Assembly (NCBI GenBank): GCA_963767925.1
Contig: CAVYGB010000010.1
Location: 1,408,001 to 1,472,000, forward strand
Source: an uncultured delta proteobacterium
GTDB lineage: Bacteria; Myxococcota_A; Polyangia; Fen-1088
Reading direction: 5' to 3'
DNA: 64,000 nucleotides
How positions within the stretch are numbered: position 1 is the stretch's first letter; every line of letters begins with the position of its first letter. Both the position numbers and the translations under genes were made by a program. Positions 10,297 through 19,900 of the stretch are shown one piece after another. The notes below the pieces were generated by a model that had not been told where the DNA came from, searched no databases, and saw only the letters and a program-made list of their open reading frames with translations.

Positions 10297-11676
10297 GTGG
10301 GTACGAGCCCCAGGCGTTTCATCATCCTTGGCGCGACCGGAGACCTGACGGGACGGTACCTCCTCCCCGCGTTTGCGCGGCTCTGGGAGGAGGACCGGCT
10401 GCCGGGGGATCTCGACGTGCTCGGGGTAGCCCGGGACGACTGGGACACCGCCCGCTTCCGGGCTCACGCGGCCGAACGATTGCGGCGGCACGCACCCGGC
10501 GTCGGCGGGGCCGCGCAGGAGGCGGTCGTGAGGCGGCTGACCTACCGGCGTGCGGACATCGGTAGACCGGGCGAGATCGCGGCCGCCGTGGCACCGGCGG
10601 ATGAGCCTGCGGTCTTTTACCTCGCGCTGCCACCGGCCCTCGCGAGGCCGACCATCCAGGCGCTGGGCGAGGTCCGCCCGGCGCCCGGGAGCCGCGTGGT
10701 CATGGAGAAACCCTTCGGGACGGATCTCGCGTCGGCCCAGGAGCTCAACCGCCTGGTCCACGAGCTATTTCCCGAGCGCATGGTCTTCCGGATGGATCAC
10801 TTCCTGGGCAAGGAGACCGTGCTCAACCTCCTGGGGCTGCGGTTCGCCAACCGCGTCCTCGAGCCGGTGTGGAGCCGCCAGCACGTCGAGCGGGTAGAGA
10901 TCGTGTGGGACGAGACCCTGGCCCTCGAAGGCCGCGCCGGATACTACGATGGCGCGGGGGCCCTGCGGGATATGGTCCAGAACCACCTGCTGCAGATCCT
11001 GTGCCTGGTGGGCATGGAGCCCCCGCTCGACCTGGGCGAGCGGGAGCTGCGCGACCGCAAGGCGGACCTGCTGCGCTCGGTCCGGAAGATGTCGCTCGAC
11101 GAGGCCGCCCGCGCCAGCCTGCGGGGCCGCTACGGGGCGGGAACCATCGGGGACCGGTCCGTTCCGGCGTACACCGGGGAGCCTGGCGTGGATCCCGGCC
11201 GCAGCACCGAGACGTTCGCCGCGGTCACGCTGACCATCGACAACTGGCGATGGGCAGGCGTGCCGTTCCTCCTCCGCAGCGGCAAGGCGCTCGGCCGCGA
11301 GCGTCGCGAGATAGCGGTTCACTTTCAGCCGGTCCCGCACCTGGTGTTCGGCGAACGGTCGATCGCCGAGCCGAACGTGCTGCGTATCCAGCTCAGCCCG
11401 GACCGGATGAGCTTGCTGGTCAACATCAGCAACCGCCGCGGGCGGTTCGAGCTCGAGCCGGTCTCGCTGGACGTTGACCTGGCGGCGGATCCGCTGCCCG
11501 CGTACGCCCGACTGCTCCTGGACATCCTGGCCGGCGACGTCACCCTCGCCATCCGTGACGACGAGGCGGAGGAGTGCTGGCGCATCGTCGAGCCAATCGT
11601 CGAGGCCTGGCGGCAAGACCGGGTTCCCCTGCACGAGTATCCGGCCGGTTCGTCCGGGCCGCCCTGGCCACGCTAG
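10297..11676 (+). CDS. zwf: Glucose-6-phosphate 1-dehydrogenase
   Basis: GATGDL, YLALPP, MEKPFG, RMDHFLGKE, RDMVQNH, RWAGVPF motifs; start estimated. Confidence 0.93.
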   Translation: MGTSPRRFIILGATGDLTGRYLLPAFARLWEEDRLPGDLDVLGVARDDWDTARFRAHAAERLRRHAPGVGGAAQEAVVRRLTYRRADIGRPGEIAAAVAPADEPAVFYLALPPALARPTIQALGEVRPAPGSRVVMEKPFGTDLASAQELNRLVHELFPERMVFRMDHFLGKETVLNLLGLRFANRVLEPVWSRQHVERVEIVWDETLALEGRAGYYDGAGALRDMVQNHLLQILCLVGMEPPLDLGERELRDRKADLLRSVRKMSLDEAARASLRGRYGAGTIGDRSVPAYTGEPGVDPGRSTETFAAVTLTIDNWRWAGVPFLLRSGKALGRERREIAVHFQPVPHLVFGERSIAEPNVLRIQLSPDRMSLLVNISNRRGRFELEPVSLDVDLAADPLPAYARLLLDILAGDVTLAIRDDEAEECWRIVEPIVEAWRQDRVPLHEYPAGSSGPPWPR

Positions 11677-11679
11677 TGA

Positions 11680-11945
11680 GCACCCGGAGGAAGCGCCTCG
11701 GCTTGCCGTTGCCGTCACAATCGGACCCCAAGGTGGTGGCCGGGACCACCGCCGGGAAGGCGGCGCTCGTCTTCAATCCCACCGCCAGCGGGAGCTGCTC
11801 CGGGGACGTGAGTCGCGTCGTCTTCATGCGATGGACGAACTGGCAGACTCCGTAGGCCCGCAAGACGTCCGGGGTGAACTGGAAGATGGCCCCATTTTCG
11901 TAGACGGTGCCGTTGGCCACCCAGATCGGCAGGCTCACCTGCCGC
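11680..11945 (-). pseudogene. Internal fragment resembling a patatin-like phospholipase
   Basis: LPIWVANGTVYENGAIFQFTP...LPLAVGLKTSAAFPAVVPATTL resembles the patatin ASxxxP segment; neither GxSxG nor DGG is present. Confidence 0.35.
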
Positions 11946-12007
11946 GCTTCGTCAACCCGGCAGGCGATTGCCGTTGCTGCAAACGTCGGGACGAGCTAGC
12001 GGACCCA

Positions 12008-12345
12008 TGCTCGAGAGCCCCGCTGTCTGGTCCCCCCTGGAAGCGCGAAGGTCTGCTCTGATCTGCGGCGTCGGCTTGATATGTCTCGTTAGTTGCGCGC
12101 ATTCTCCGGCGACCAGGCCGGCTGCCGCCGGGAAGCCTTCACCGGCCGGCGGGCCAGCGGTCGCGGCGACCGAAACCAGCCAGGTTGCCGTCCCGCCATC
12201 CGCTGGCGCCGTCACCCGGATCGTCGGCAAGGTCAAAGCCCCCGGCGGGATCGACCTGGACTTCGTTGCGGTACTGGACGGCAACGGCGGCGGGACCCTC
12301 GACATCCCGGCCCAGGGTCTCGAAGGTGGGCCGCTCGACCGAACG
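12008..12345 (+). pseudogene. Truncated lipoprotein (N-terminal fragment)
   Basis: Lipobox LVSC and GTLDIPAQG (typical N-terminal beta domain of exported hydrolases), after which the frame becomes the antisense of the next gene. Confidence 0.35.
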
Positions 12346-12381
12346 TCTCGGCGAGCAGGCCCCAGATCACGATCGTGGGGA

Positions 12382-12798
12382 TCAGAAGGGGACCGTCACC
12401 TTCACCATGGGAGGGCTGAGGCTTCCCCCGATCGTGACGCCGCCGCCGACGTCGATGCCGTTCGGGCCGATCCGGCTCGCGATCTCCTTGATCTTGTCGC
12501 CCAGGGTGCTGGCGCCTTCGGTCTTCTCGCCGGGTTTGCCCGGCTCCGATCCGCCCTTCTCCCCGTTCGGCGGGGGATTGGCGGGCGGGGGATTGGCGGG
12601 CGGGGGATTGGCGGGCGCGCCTCGGGGGGCGCCGCTGCCTCGGTAGAGCACCGTCGGCTCGTCCAGCAGGGCGAGATCGGACACCTGGTCGACCCCGTCG
12701 GTGAGTCCGCCCGGCGTCGCCTTGCCGACGTCTTGCTCGACCGAGATCTGATCTACGTCGAGTCGGAGGTCGCTGGCCTGTCCAATGCGAAAACTCAT
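12382..12798 (-). CDS. Small hypothetical protein with a (PANPP)x3 linker
   Basis: ATG 12798 preceded by AGGAG; coding-like codon usage; 15-bp tandem repeat at 12569-12613. Confidence 0.55.
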   Translation of the reverse strand: MSFRIGQASDLRLDVDQISVEQDVGKATPGGLTDGVDQVSDLALLDEPTVLYRGSGAPRGAPANPPPANPPPANPPPNGEKGGSEPGKPGEKTEGASTLGDKIKEIASRIGPNGIDVGGGVTIGGSLSPPMVKVTVPF

Positions 12799-13012
12799 AT
12801 TGGGCTCCTGTCGCTGCCCGGCACAGCCGGGGAAAGAAGATGATTGACCGACGGTGTTCGGAAGGATCCTCGAGGGGTTGCCTCCTCGCGATGTCGCGTT
12901 TGGTGACACGGCCGCTCGGGGCCATTTCCCACAACTCCTCGTCACCGCTTCCGATGAGTGACCTGCGACGCGAGCAACGCGGTTCATTCACGCCGAAGGG
13001 AGCAAGATCATC

Positions 13013-14011
13013 ATGGGTTGGTTCAGAAATGTCGTGAGCGTCATCCTGCCGGGTGTCCCCCAGACCTACGATGCCATCGGCCAGATCGGCAACGGCGAGC
13101 TCCCGATCCCGAAGAATCCCTTGCCCCTGCCCGACCCGCTGGTCAACGCCATCACGCCCGACCCCGTGAAGGACGCGTGGGAAGAGCACATCAGCGGTGA
13201 AAACGACAAGACCCGCGGGCTGTGGAACGACGTGAAGGGGAGCATCGGCGGCTTCTTCAGCGGCGTCGGCGAGATCGCCTCGGGGAACTTCTCCGAGGGC
13301 GCGGGGCAGATCTGGAATTCGGCGACCCGGGGCGTGACGGGCGGGGTCGGCTTCGCGCTGCTCGACGTCCGGCGCAACGCCGCAATCATCGAGGCGCAGC
13401 TCGGCATATCGGCGCAGACCCGGGGCCTCAACGCGGAGGAGAGGGCGGTGCTCACCAGCGTGTACGGGGACACGGTCGATCTCGACGCCATCCGGCTGAA
13501 GGTCGGCGGAGATGGCATCCTCGGGATCCGCGGCAGCCAGGATCGGGCCTTGACCTCGGGCAACACCATCTACCTGCGCAAGGATCCGAACAACCCCGAC
13601 GACTATCCGGGGCTCACGGCGGCACAGCGACAGGAAGCGTGGCTCGAGCTCCTGGTTCACGAAGCGGCGCACGTGTGGCAGTTCCAGAACGTGGGGTCCG
13701 GCTACCAGACCGAATCGCTCCTCAGCCAGATCTTTCCCCCTGCCGTACCCCATCCGACGACCGTGGGTGGGGAGTCCACCAAACCCGAATACGACTGGCG
13801 GGCCGCTCAGGACGCGGGCCTCCGCTGGGAACAGATGAACCCCGAGCAGCAGGCGGAGCTGCTCGAGCAGGCCTACGAGGCGGGCTTCTTCACGGGACTG
13901 AAGCCCGGGGAGCCCTACAACCCGACCGCGGTCTTCGTTGACGACCAGGGTAACAACCGTACGGCCTTCGTGCAGGATGCCATCACCAAGATGCGCGCCC
14001 GCCAGGGATGA
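13013..14011 (+). CDS. DUF4157-like zinc metallopeptidase-fold protein
   Basis: RGLNAEERAVL..VYGDTVDL, ALTSGNTIYL, LLVHEAAHVWQ (HExxH), NPEQQA; GGAG RBS. Confidence 0.75.
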   Translation: MGWFRNVVSVILPGVPQTYDAIGQIGNGELPIPKNPLPLPDPLVNAITPDPVKDAWEEHISGENDKTRGLWNDVKGSIGGFFSGVGEIASGNFSEGAGQIWNSATRGVTGGVGFALLDVRRNAAIIEAQLGISAQTRGLNAEERAVLTSVYGDTVDLDAIRLKVGGDGILGIRGSQDRALTSGNTIYLRKDPNNPDDYPGLTAAQRQEAWLELLVHEAAHVWQFQNVGSGYQTESLLSQIFPPAVPHPTTVGGESTKPEYDWRAAQDAGLRWEQMNPEQQAELLEQAYEAGFFTGLKPGEPYNPTAVFVDDQGNNRTAFVQDAITKMRARQG

Positions 14012-14182
14012 GCCGATCGACACATTCCGTGACGGCGACGCGAACCCACTACCTCCCGGGACCAGATCACGATGACGATGGGTCAAGATGCAGACGGCAC
14101 TCTGCGATGCCCGCCTGGCGGCGTGGCTCCCATGTCAAAAGCACGCGTCCGCCGTCGCCGCCCGGAGCGGCGGCCCCTCTGA

Positions 14183-15697
14183 ATGAGCAGTCTTCGCATC
14201 GCTTTTGCGCCCGGCTCGTCGGGACCGTCGACCCCGACAGCGTGGCCCGGCCGGCTCCTGGCCGTGGCGGCGCTCTCGATGCTGGCGTGCGCTTCACCCC
14301 GGAGCGAGGAGGTCCTCGACGCGGGCGCGGAGGCCGCCGCTGCGGCGACGCCGGCGTCCGGCCCCGGCGGTGGTCCGGTGGCCGGCGACGCGCGGGGGGC
14401 CGCCGACGGGCCCTCGGGTGGCGCAGCCGGCGCGGACGCGCCCGACGACATCGCCGACCCATTCGTGCCGATCGACGGGCGGCGGCTCAAGGGCCGCTGG
14501 GCCGAGGCGCCCGGGGGCGCGCGGCTCTGGCTAGGCTGGTACGACAGCGAGCTTGGCGGCGAGTGTCGCTTCATCACCACCGCTGACGGCGCGCTTCGCT
14601 GCGTCCCCTGTGAGGGCGGCGCGATCGGCGGCTATTTTCAGGACGCCGCTTGCACGGTCGCCCTGGCCTCCACTCCGTACAGATCCTGCTGGTCGGGGGA
14701 AGTGGTGCGGGCCCTGGCGCCTCCCGCCTGCCCGCCTGCCCCCACGTCGATCTTCCGTGGTGGCGCGCGCTGGCGTGGAATGGCCTACTATCGATCCCAG
14801 GCCACCGGCCGGTGCGAGCGCAACAGCTTCGACGCGGACTACCTGCTCGTGGGCCCCGAGTTGCCCGCCTCGACGTTCGTCAAGGGCGTCGAGGTGCCTC
14901 GCCCGCTGAAGGACGGCACCGCCAAGGTCGAGCCGGTGATCCTGGAAGCGGAGGACGGCGCGCGCGGCTTCGTGCGCTGGCAGGACGTGGCCTCCGCGGC
15001 GCCCTGTCGCATCTACCAGGGATCGGACGGGCGCGAGCGGTGCCCGGTCGCCTTTCACTTCGCCAATCGGTACAGCTATAGCGACGCTCAGTGCCAGCGC
15101 GAGTCCATCTACGTCCAGATGGCCAATACGACCTGCGCGCCATTTCCCCAGGCCGTCCCCCTACCTCGGACCGATTGCTCCGGCTCGTCCCAGCTTTTCA
15201 CGCTCGGCGCCCAGCTCACCCAGACCTTCAAGAAATGGAACGGCGCCTGCATGCCACAAGACGTCTACGGCGGCGCCGCGGCTTACGCGCTGGGGCCGCC
15301 CGTGTCCGACGACATCTATCCCGCGATCGACAAGGTGGTGGACACGGCCGGCGGCGGCCGGTTGCGCGCGCTCTGGAAAGGCCCGCCCGGCGGCCGGCGC
15401 GTGCTCGCCGACGCCTTGCTCGACACGACCCGCGGGCAACCTTGCACACCGCTGCTGTTCACCGACGGCGTCACCCGCTGCGTTCCGCCCACGCCGCCGT
15501 TGTCTTCGTACTTCGGCGACGCTGCCTGCACACGCCCCCTCGCCTCGATCGTCGGCGATTTCGAGCAGATGTGCCCGCCTCCGCTCTACACCAGCGACGA
15601 CGAAACCTGTCCCCGCCGGTATCGCATCTGCGCCCTCGCGATCGGCAACGAGGCCATCTACGTCGCCGGCGACAAGCTCTACCGGCTCTCGCCCTGA
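14183..15697 (+). CDS. Cys-rich repeat lipoprotein (myxobacterial type)
   Basis: Lipobox MLAC; three repeats of RL...D...C.....DG..RC.P...YF.DAAC. Confidence 0.7.
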   Translation: MSSLRIAFAPGSSGPSTPTAWPGRLLAVAALSMLACASPRSEEVLDAGAEAAAAATPASGPGGGPVAGDARGAADGPSGGAAGADAPDDIADPFVPIDGRRLKGRWAEAPGGARLWLGWYDSELGGECRFITTADGALRCVPCEGGAIGGYFQDAACTVALASTPYRSCWSGEVVRALAPPACPPAPTSIFRGGARWRGMAYYRSQATGRCERNSFDADYLLVGPELPASTFVKGVEVPRPLKDGTAKVEPVILEAEDGARGFVRWQDVASAAPCRIYQGSDGRERCPVAFHFANRYSYSDAQCQRESIYVQMANTTCAPFPQAVPLPRTDCSGSSQLFTLGAQLTQTFKKWNGACMPQDVYGGAAAYALGPPVSDDIYPAIDKVVDTAGGGRLRALWKGPPGGRRVLADALLDTTRGQPCTPLLFTDGVTRCVPPTPPLSSYFGDAACTRPLASIVGDFEQMCPPPLYTSDDETCPRRYRICALAIGNEAIYVAGDKLYRLSP

Positions 15698-15860
15698 CCC
15701 CCGGCGTACCCGGCGCCGCGTGGCCTGATCGTCGGCCAGTACCAGCGAGAGGGGGAAAGGCAGCGGCTCGGGGTCCACGACGGTGGGCGATCCCGCCCCC
15801 GCGCCTCGACCCCCCAGTCCCCGGCTTCCCTCCCTGGTAGAAGACGTACAATCACATCAT

Positions 15861-16472
15861 ATGCCGGCGCGAGTGGACCCGATCCTCCAGCTGTCGCACA
15901 AAGCGTCGACGCAGCGACGATCTGCGGCCAAGCAGCTGCGGAAGCTGAAGGACAAGAACGCGGGACCTGCCCTGGCCGAAGCACTCGCACGCGAGGTTCA
16001 GGACCGACGGACCTGGGAGACTCAGTACCAGATGATCATGGCCCTCGGAGAGAGCGACTATCGGCCGGCTCTTCCCCTGCTCGAGCAACTGAGGACGTTG
16101 GATCTGGAGCCCATGGTCCGCGTCGCCATCGGCGACGCATCGGTCCGCCTCGCCGGCTCGCCAGACGGCGGCGCAGCGTCTGTGATGGACATTCTGAAGA
16201 ACGGCGACACCCACCTGGCCGAGGGAGCTCTCCGTGCAGCCGCCTTGCTGCGCCTCGCTCCCACCTCCGAGGCGGTCGAGCGAATCGTTGACTACGCTTC
16301 CCGGCCGGAGAACACGAAGGTCCGGTTCTGGGTCGCGGCCGCGGCCGCCGGCTGGAGCGGCCCTGCCGTGGAGTCGTTCCTGCGGTCCTGCACCCAAGAT
16401 TCGCTGGCCGACACCCGCCGGGCAGCCGAAGCCTCCCTACGCCACGAGCACCTCAAGTGGAATCCCCTCTAG
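15861..16472 (+). CDS. HEAT-repeat protein
   Basis: RRSAAKQLRK...WETQYQMIMALG...VRFWVAAAAAGW helical repeats; TACAAT 8 nt before ATG. Confidence 0.75.
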   Translation: MPARVDPILQLSHKASTQRRSAAKQLRKLKDKNAGPALAEALAREVQDRRTWETQYQMIMALGESDYRPALPLLEQLRTLDLEPMVRVAIGDASVRLAGSPDGGAASVMDILKNGDTHLAEGALRAAALLRLAPTSEAVERIVDYASRPENTKVRFWVAAAAAGWSGPAVESFLRSCTQDSLADTRRAAEASLRHEHLKWNPL

Positions 16473-16924
16473 CGGGTGGGGTGCCCGCAATGTCCCTCCT
16501 CGAAATCCCAGACCCCGGCCTCCGCTCCGGTTTGCAGGAGGGCGTAGACCCCGTGGATGTCGGCCTTGGGCGGCACATCGACCGCCAGGAGCTTCCCCTT
16601 TACCCCCTCGAAGCTGCACCCCTGCCTCTCCAGAGGAAGCCAGCGCGCCCGAAAGACCTCGCTATCGACGGCAACTTTCAGCATGAGTCGATAGGTCGAG
16701 TGGCCGCCGGCCAGTGAGGTTCCTGCGAACACGCGCTGACCATCGGTTCCGGTCTCGGCGAACACGACATCCTCCACGCTCACCCCTCGCGCAAAGAACG
16801 GGGAGTTTCGGAGGCGATAGCGGTTGCCCGCCACCACCTCCGCCCAGAGACGTTCCGTGGCGTGTCCGTGCCAGGCCCCAGGTTCCAGGGAGAACGTGAC
16901 CTTCACGAGATGCTCAGTGCTCAT
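16469..16924 (-). CDS. DUF4265 family protein, probable immunity protein of the RHS-HNH toxin
   Basis: ERLWA...YRLRNSPFFARGVS.EDVV...GGHSTYR...LAVDVP motifs; starts 17 nt after the toxin stop. Confidence 0.8.
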   Translation of the reverse strand: MSTEHLVKVTFSLEPGAWHGHATERLWAEVVAGNRYRLRNSPFFARGVSVEDVVFAETGTDGQRVFAGTSLAGGHSTYRLMLKVAVDSEVFRARWLPLERQGCSFEGVKGKLLAVDVPPKADIHGVYALLQTGAEAGVWDFEEGHCGHPTR

Positions 16925-16941
16925 CGCGCGCCATCCTACTA

Positions 16942-19900
16942 TCACCTCCCTTGCAGGTACTCTTCGGTGGTCTTCGTCCCTTTTTCTTGATTGCAGGTCC
17001 GACACGTCTCCTGCGCGTTATCCACGGTGTTGTTGCCACCACGTGACTTCGGAATCGCGTGATCGATATTGGCCTGGTCGGAGCCCGGTTGCCTCGTCGT
17101 GGGAGCTCCGCAGAAGACGCACTCCCCGGTTCTCACCGCATCCTTCGTGCTCTCGGAGAACGGTTTCCCCGCGCCCGGACCACCCTCACTTCCGATCTTG
17201 GGACCGCCCCCCTCCTGCTGAAGGATGTTCGGCGGTCGGGTTTGAAGTGCTTCGCGCTCCCCCCGATTCAGCTCAGGCGAGTACAGCGTGATGGTCACGA
17301 AAGCGGCCAGGCCGGCCCCGATGGCCGTCACACCCTGCGCGAGCCAGGAGGCCGCTGCCCCGAGCGCACGCGAGATGGCACCCGGTTGAGGTGGAGCGAC
17401 GGGCACAGGTGGCGCCATCGGTCGCGGCATCACCATGGTGGTCCCCATGGTCATTCCGTTGCCCTCGCTTCCCGCGGGCGGATTCGGATCGGTGGGCGGC
17501 GTCTCGGGGGGCGGCGGCGGCGGCGGTGAGGGCCCGCCGCCACCCACCCCGCCGCCCGGTGGAGGTGTGGGCGGCTCAGGCGGAGACGATGGCTCCGGGA
17601 TGGCCGGGGTTGGTTCCCCCCAGCCGCATACATAGTCGAGGCACAGGCTCCCGGGCGGCGGCGTGCGAACGCACGACCCGTTCGGCAACTTGTAAGGCTC
17701 TTCCGCGTCGCAGCCATCCGCCGCAAATCCACTCGGGTCCGTGAAGCGAAGCGGGTTGTTGAGAACGTAAGCGTACCGGTTATACGCCTGTCCCAGCAGA
17801 CCTCGAGAGACCAGCGGGTCTGGCGTCAGGAAGCGCGCCAAGCGCGGGTCATACACGCGACCCCGCATGTTCACCAAGCCGAGCTCCTCATCCCCTTCAT
17901 GTCCAGTAAAGCCGAGCTTCACCTTGCTGGTGGTGGCGGCGACGCTGGTGGGCAGTTTGGGCTCGTTGAAGTTGGCGACGCGGTTGCCGTACGGGTCGAA
18001 CCTCGAACGCTCGATGACCGACCCCGCGCCGTCCATCACCGCATCGACGGAACCGAGGCGGTCGCGATGGACATAAGACGTGCTTTCGGAGCCACCCTCC
18101 CGCCGCGTCACCTGGAGCAGCGCCCGTCCGCCGGTGTTCACGTAGAAGACGTGATCCGTTCCGGCAGAGCTCCTGCGTTTCTCGTAGATACCGCCGACGT
18201 AGACCGTAAAATCGGCCGAGGATCTCCGCTTCTCCGCCCTGGTGCCGAGGGCGTCGTACGAGAAGTCAGCCGCGCGTGGACCGACTATGCCCTTGGGGAG
18301 GTCGAACGCCGTGTAGGCGATCGTCTCCCCATCCGGACGCCCAACCTGGTTGCCGCCCGCATCATACGAGTACGTGCCCCAGGGCGAGCTTTGAACGCGG
18401 TTCGTCCCCGGAAAAACGCCGAAGCCGAGATCCTGCGAGGTGCCGCCCGTGCTCGATCCAGCCACGAACTGACGGCGGGTCAGGTTACCGAAATCGTCCA
18501 AGGTGTAGTTCACCACCCAACCGCCGGAGAGAGGATTGCCGGCGCTGTCTGCCGCCATCCAGCTTTTGATACGTTCCAGGCCGTCGTATTCGAAGCGTTC
18601 GTGTTCGTTGGCCAGCAGATCCGACCGACGCTGAAGGTTGCCGTCCACCCAATATCCATAGGACCAAGAACGTACCGTCGTCTTCGACCTCGGAACTGTG
18701 CTCTTGATGGTCCCGATTCGACCGGTCCTGCTGGAGTAGCCATATTCGGTCCGGACGCCATTCCCGAAGCTCTCCTGCACCACCTGGCCGTCCGCCTCCG
18801 TGGCATCGAGCTCCCAGAGCAGCTTGTCGGTTGCATCGTTCTGCACCCGGGAGAGGTCTCCGGAGTCAGAGTCGTAGCTGTTTCTCACAACAAAACGACT
18901 GAACCCCATGACGTTCGGGTACGACACCTTGGATAGGCGGCCTTGAGCTTCATACGCGTAATCAATTTGATAGGCCGTGCCTCGAATCGTCCACACCTCT
19001 CGGGACAGCCGCCCCGCAGTGTCGTAGCTGTATCTCCGCTTGACGCCACTGGCGCTCAGGGTCTCAGCTATCTGTCCCCGGCCGCTCGCGGCGGTGTCCC
19101 AGGTGAATGTCGTGACACCATCCTTGTCGCGCCTTTCTTCCAGTCTCCCCTCGGCGTCGCGGTGGTACGTGGTCAGGTTGCCATTGGCATCGACCTCCTC
19201 CCGGACGTCACCAAAGGCGTTGTACCTGAACGTCCGGGTGCCGGCGTCAGGATCGGCGAGACTCAACCGGCGACCCCGTACGTCGAAACGAGCCTCCGTC
19301 GTTTGGACAGCCAACCCGGCCCCATTGCGCCGGGTGACGAACCTCAGCACGTCGAATGGACCGTAGGTGAATTCAGCCGGCAGCCACTGGCCGGCGTCGT
19401 TCCTCGTTTCGCTCCGCCGGATACGACCTGCCTCGTCGAGGCTGACCCGTCGCAGGCGCCCAAAATCGTCCGTGATCGTGCTCGTCAGACCATCGTGAGC
19501 GAAAGAGCTGGTGGCCGTCGACGTCGGTGCGCCTCCGGCGTCGAGGCCGTCCTCCGGACGAGTCTGCGACGTGGGACGACCAAGCTCGTCGTAGAGCCAC
19601 GTCGTGGCCGGCCCCGCTGCGGATCCGACCCTTGCGAAGCGCGTCCGCTGAGCCGGCAGCCCGAGGTCATCATAGGCTCGGTCCTCGAAGCTGACACTCC
19701 CGTCGAAGTTCTTCCTCTCATGCCTGATCTCCTGGCCCAGGCGGTTGACGATCTGACGACTCTCGCCTCCACCGTCGAAGACCGTCGTGACCCTCCAGAC
19801 GTCTCGGCCATCGGCGGGTGTCGAGCCCGTCTCTGGCTCGCGCGTGTAAGTGATGGCCTTTCCAAACCCTCCCGGGTAGTCCACCCGCCGGAGCATCCCG

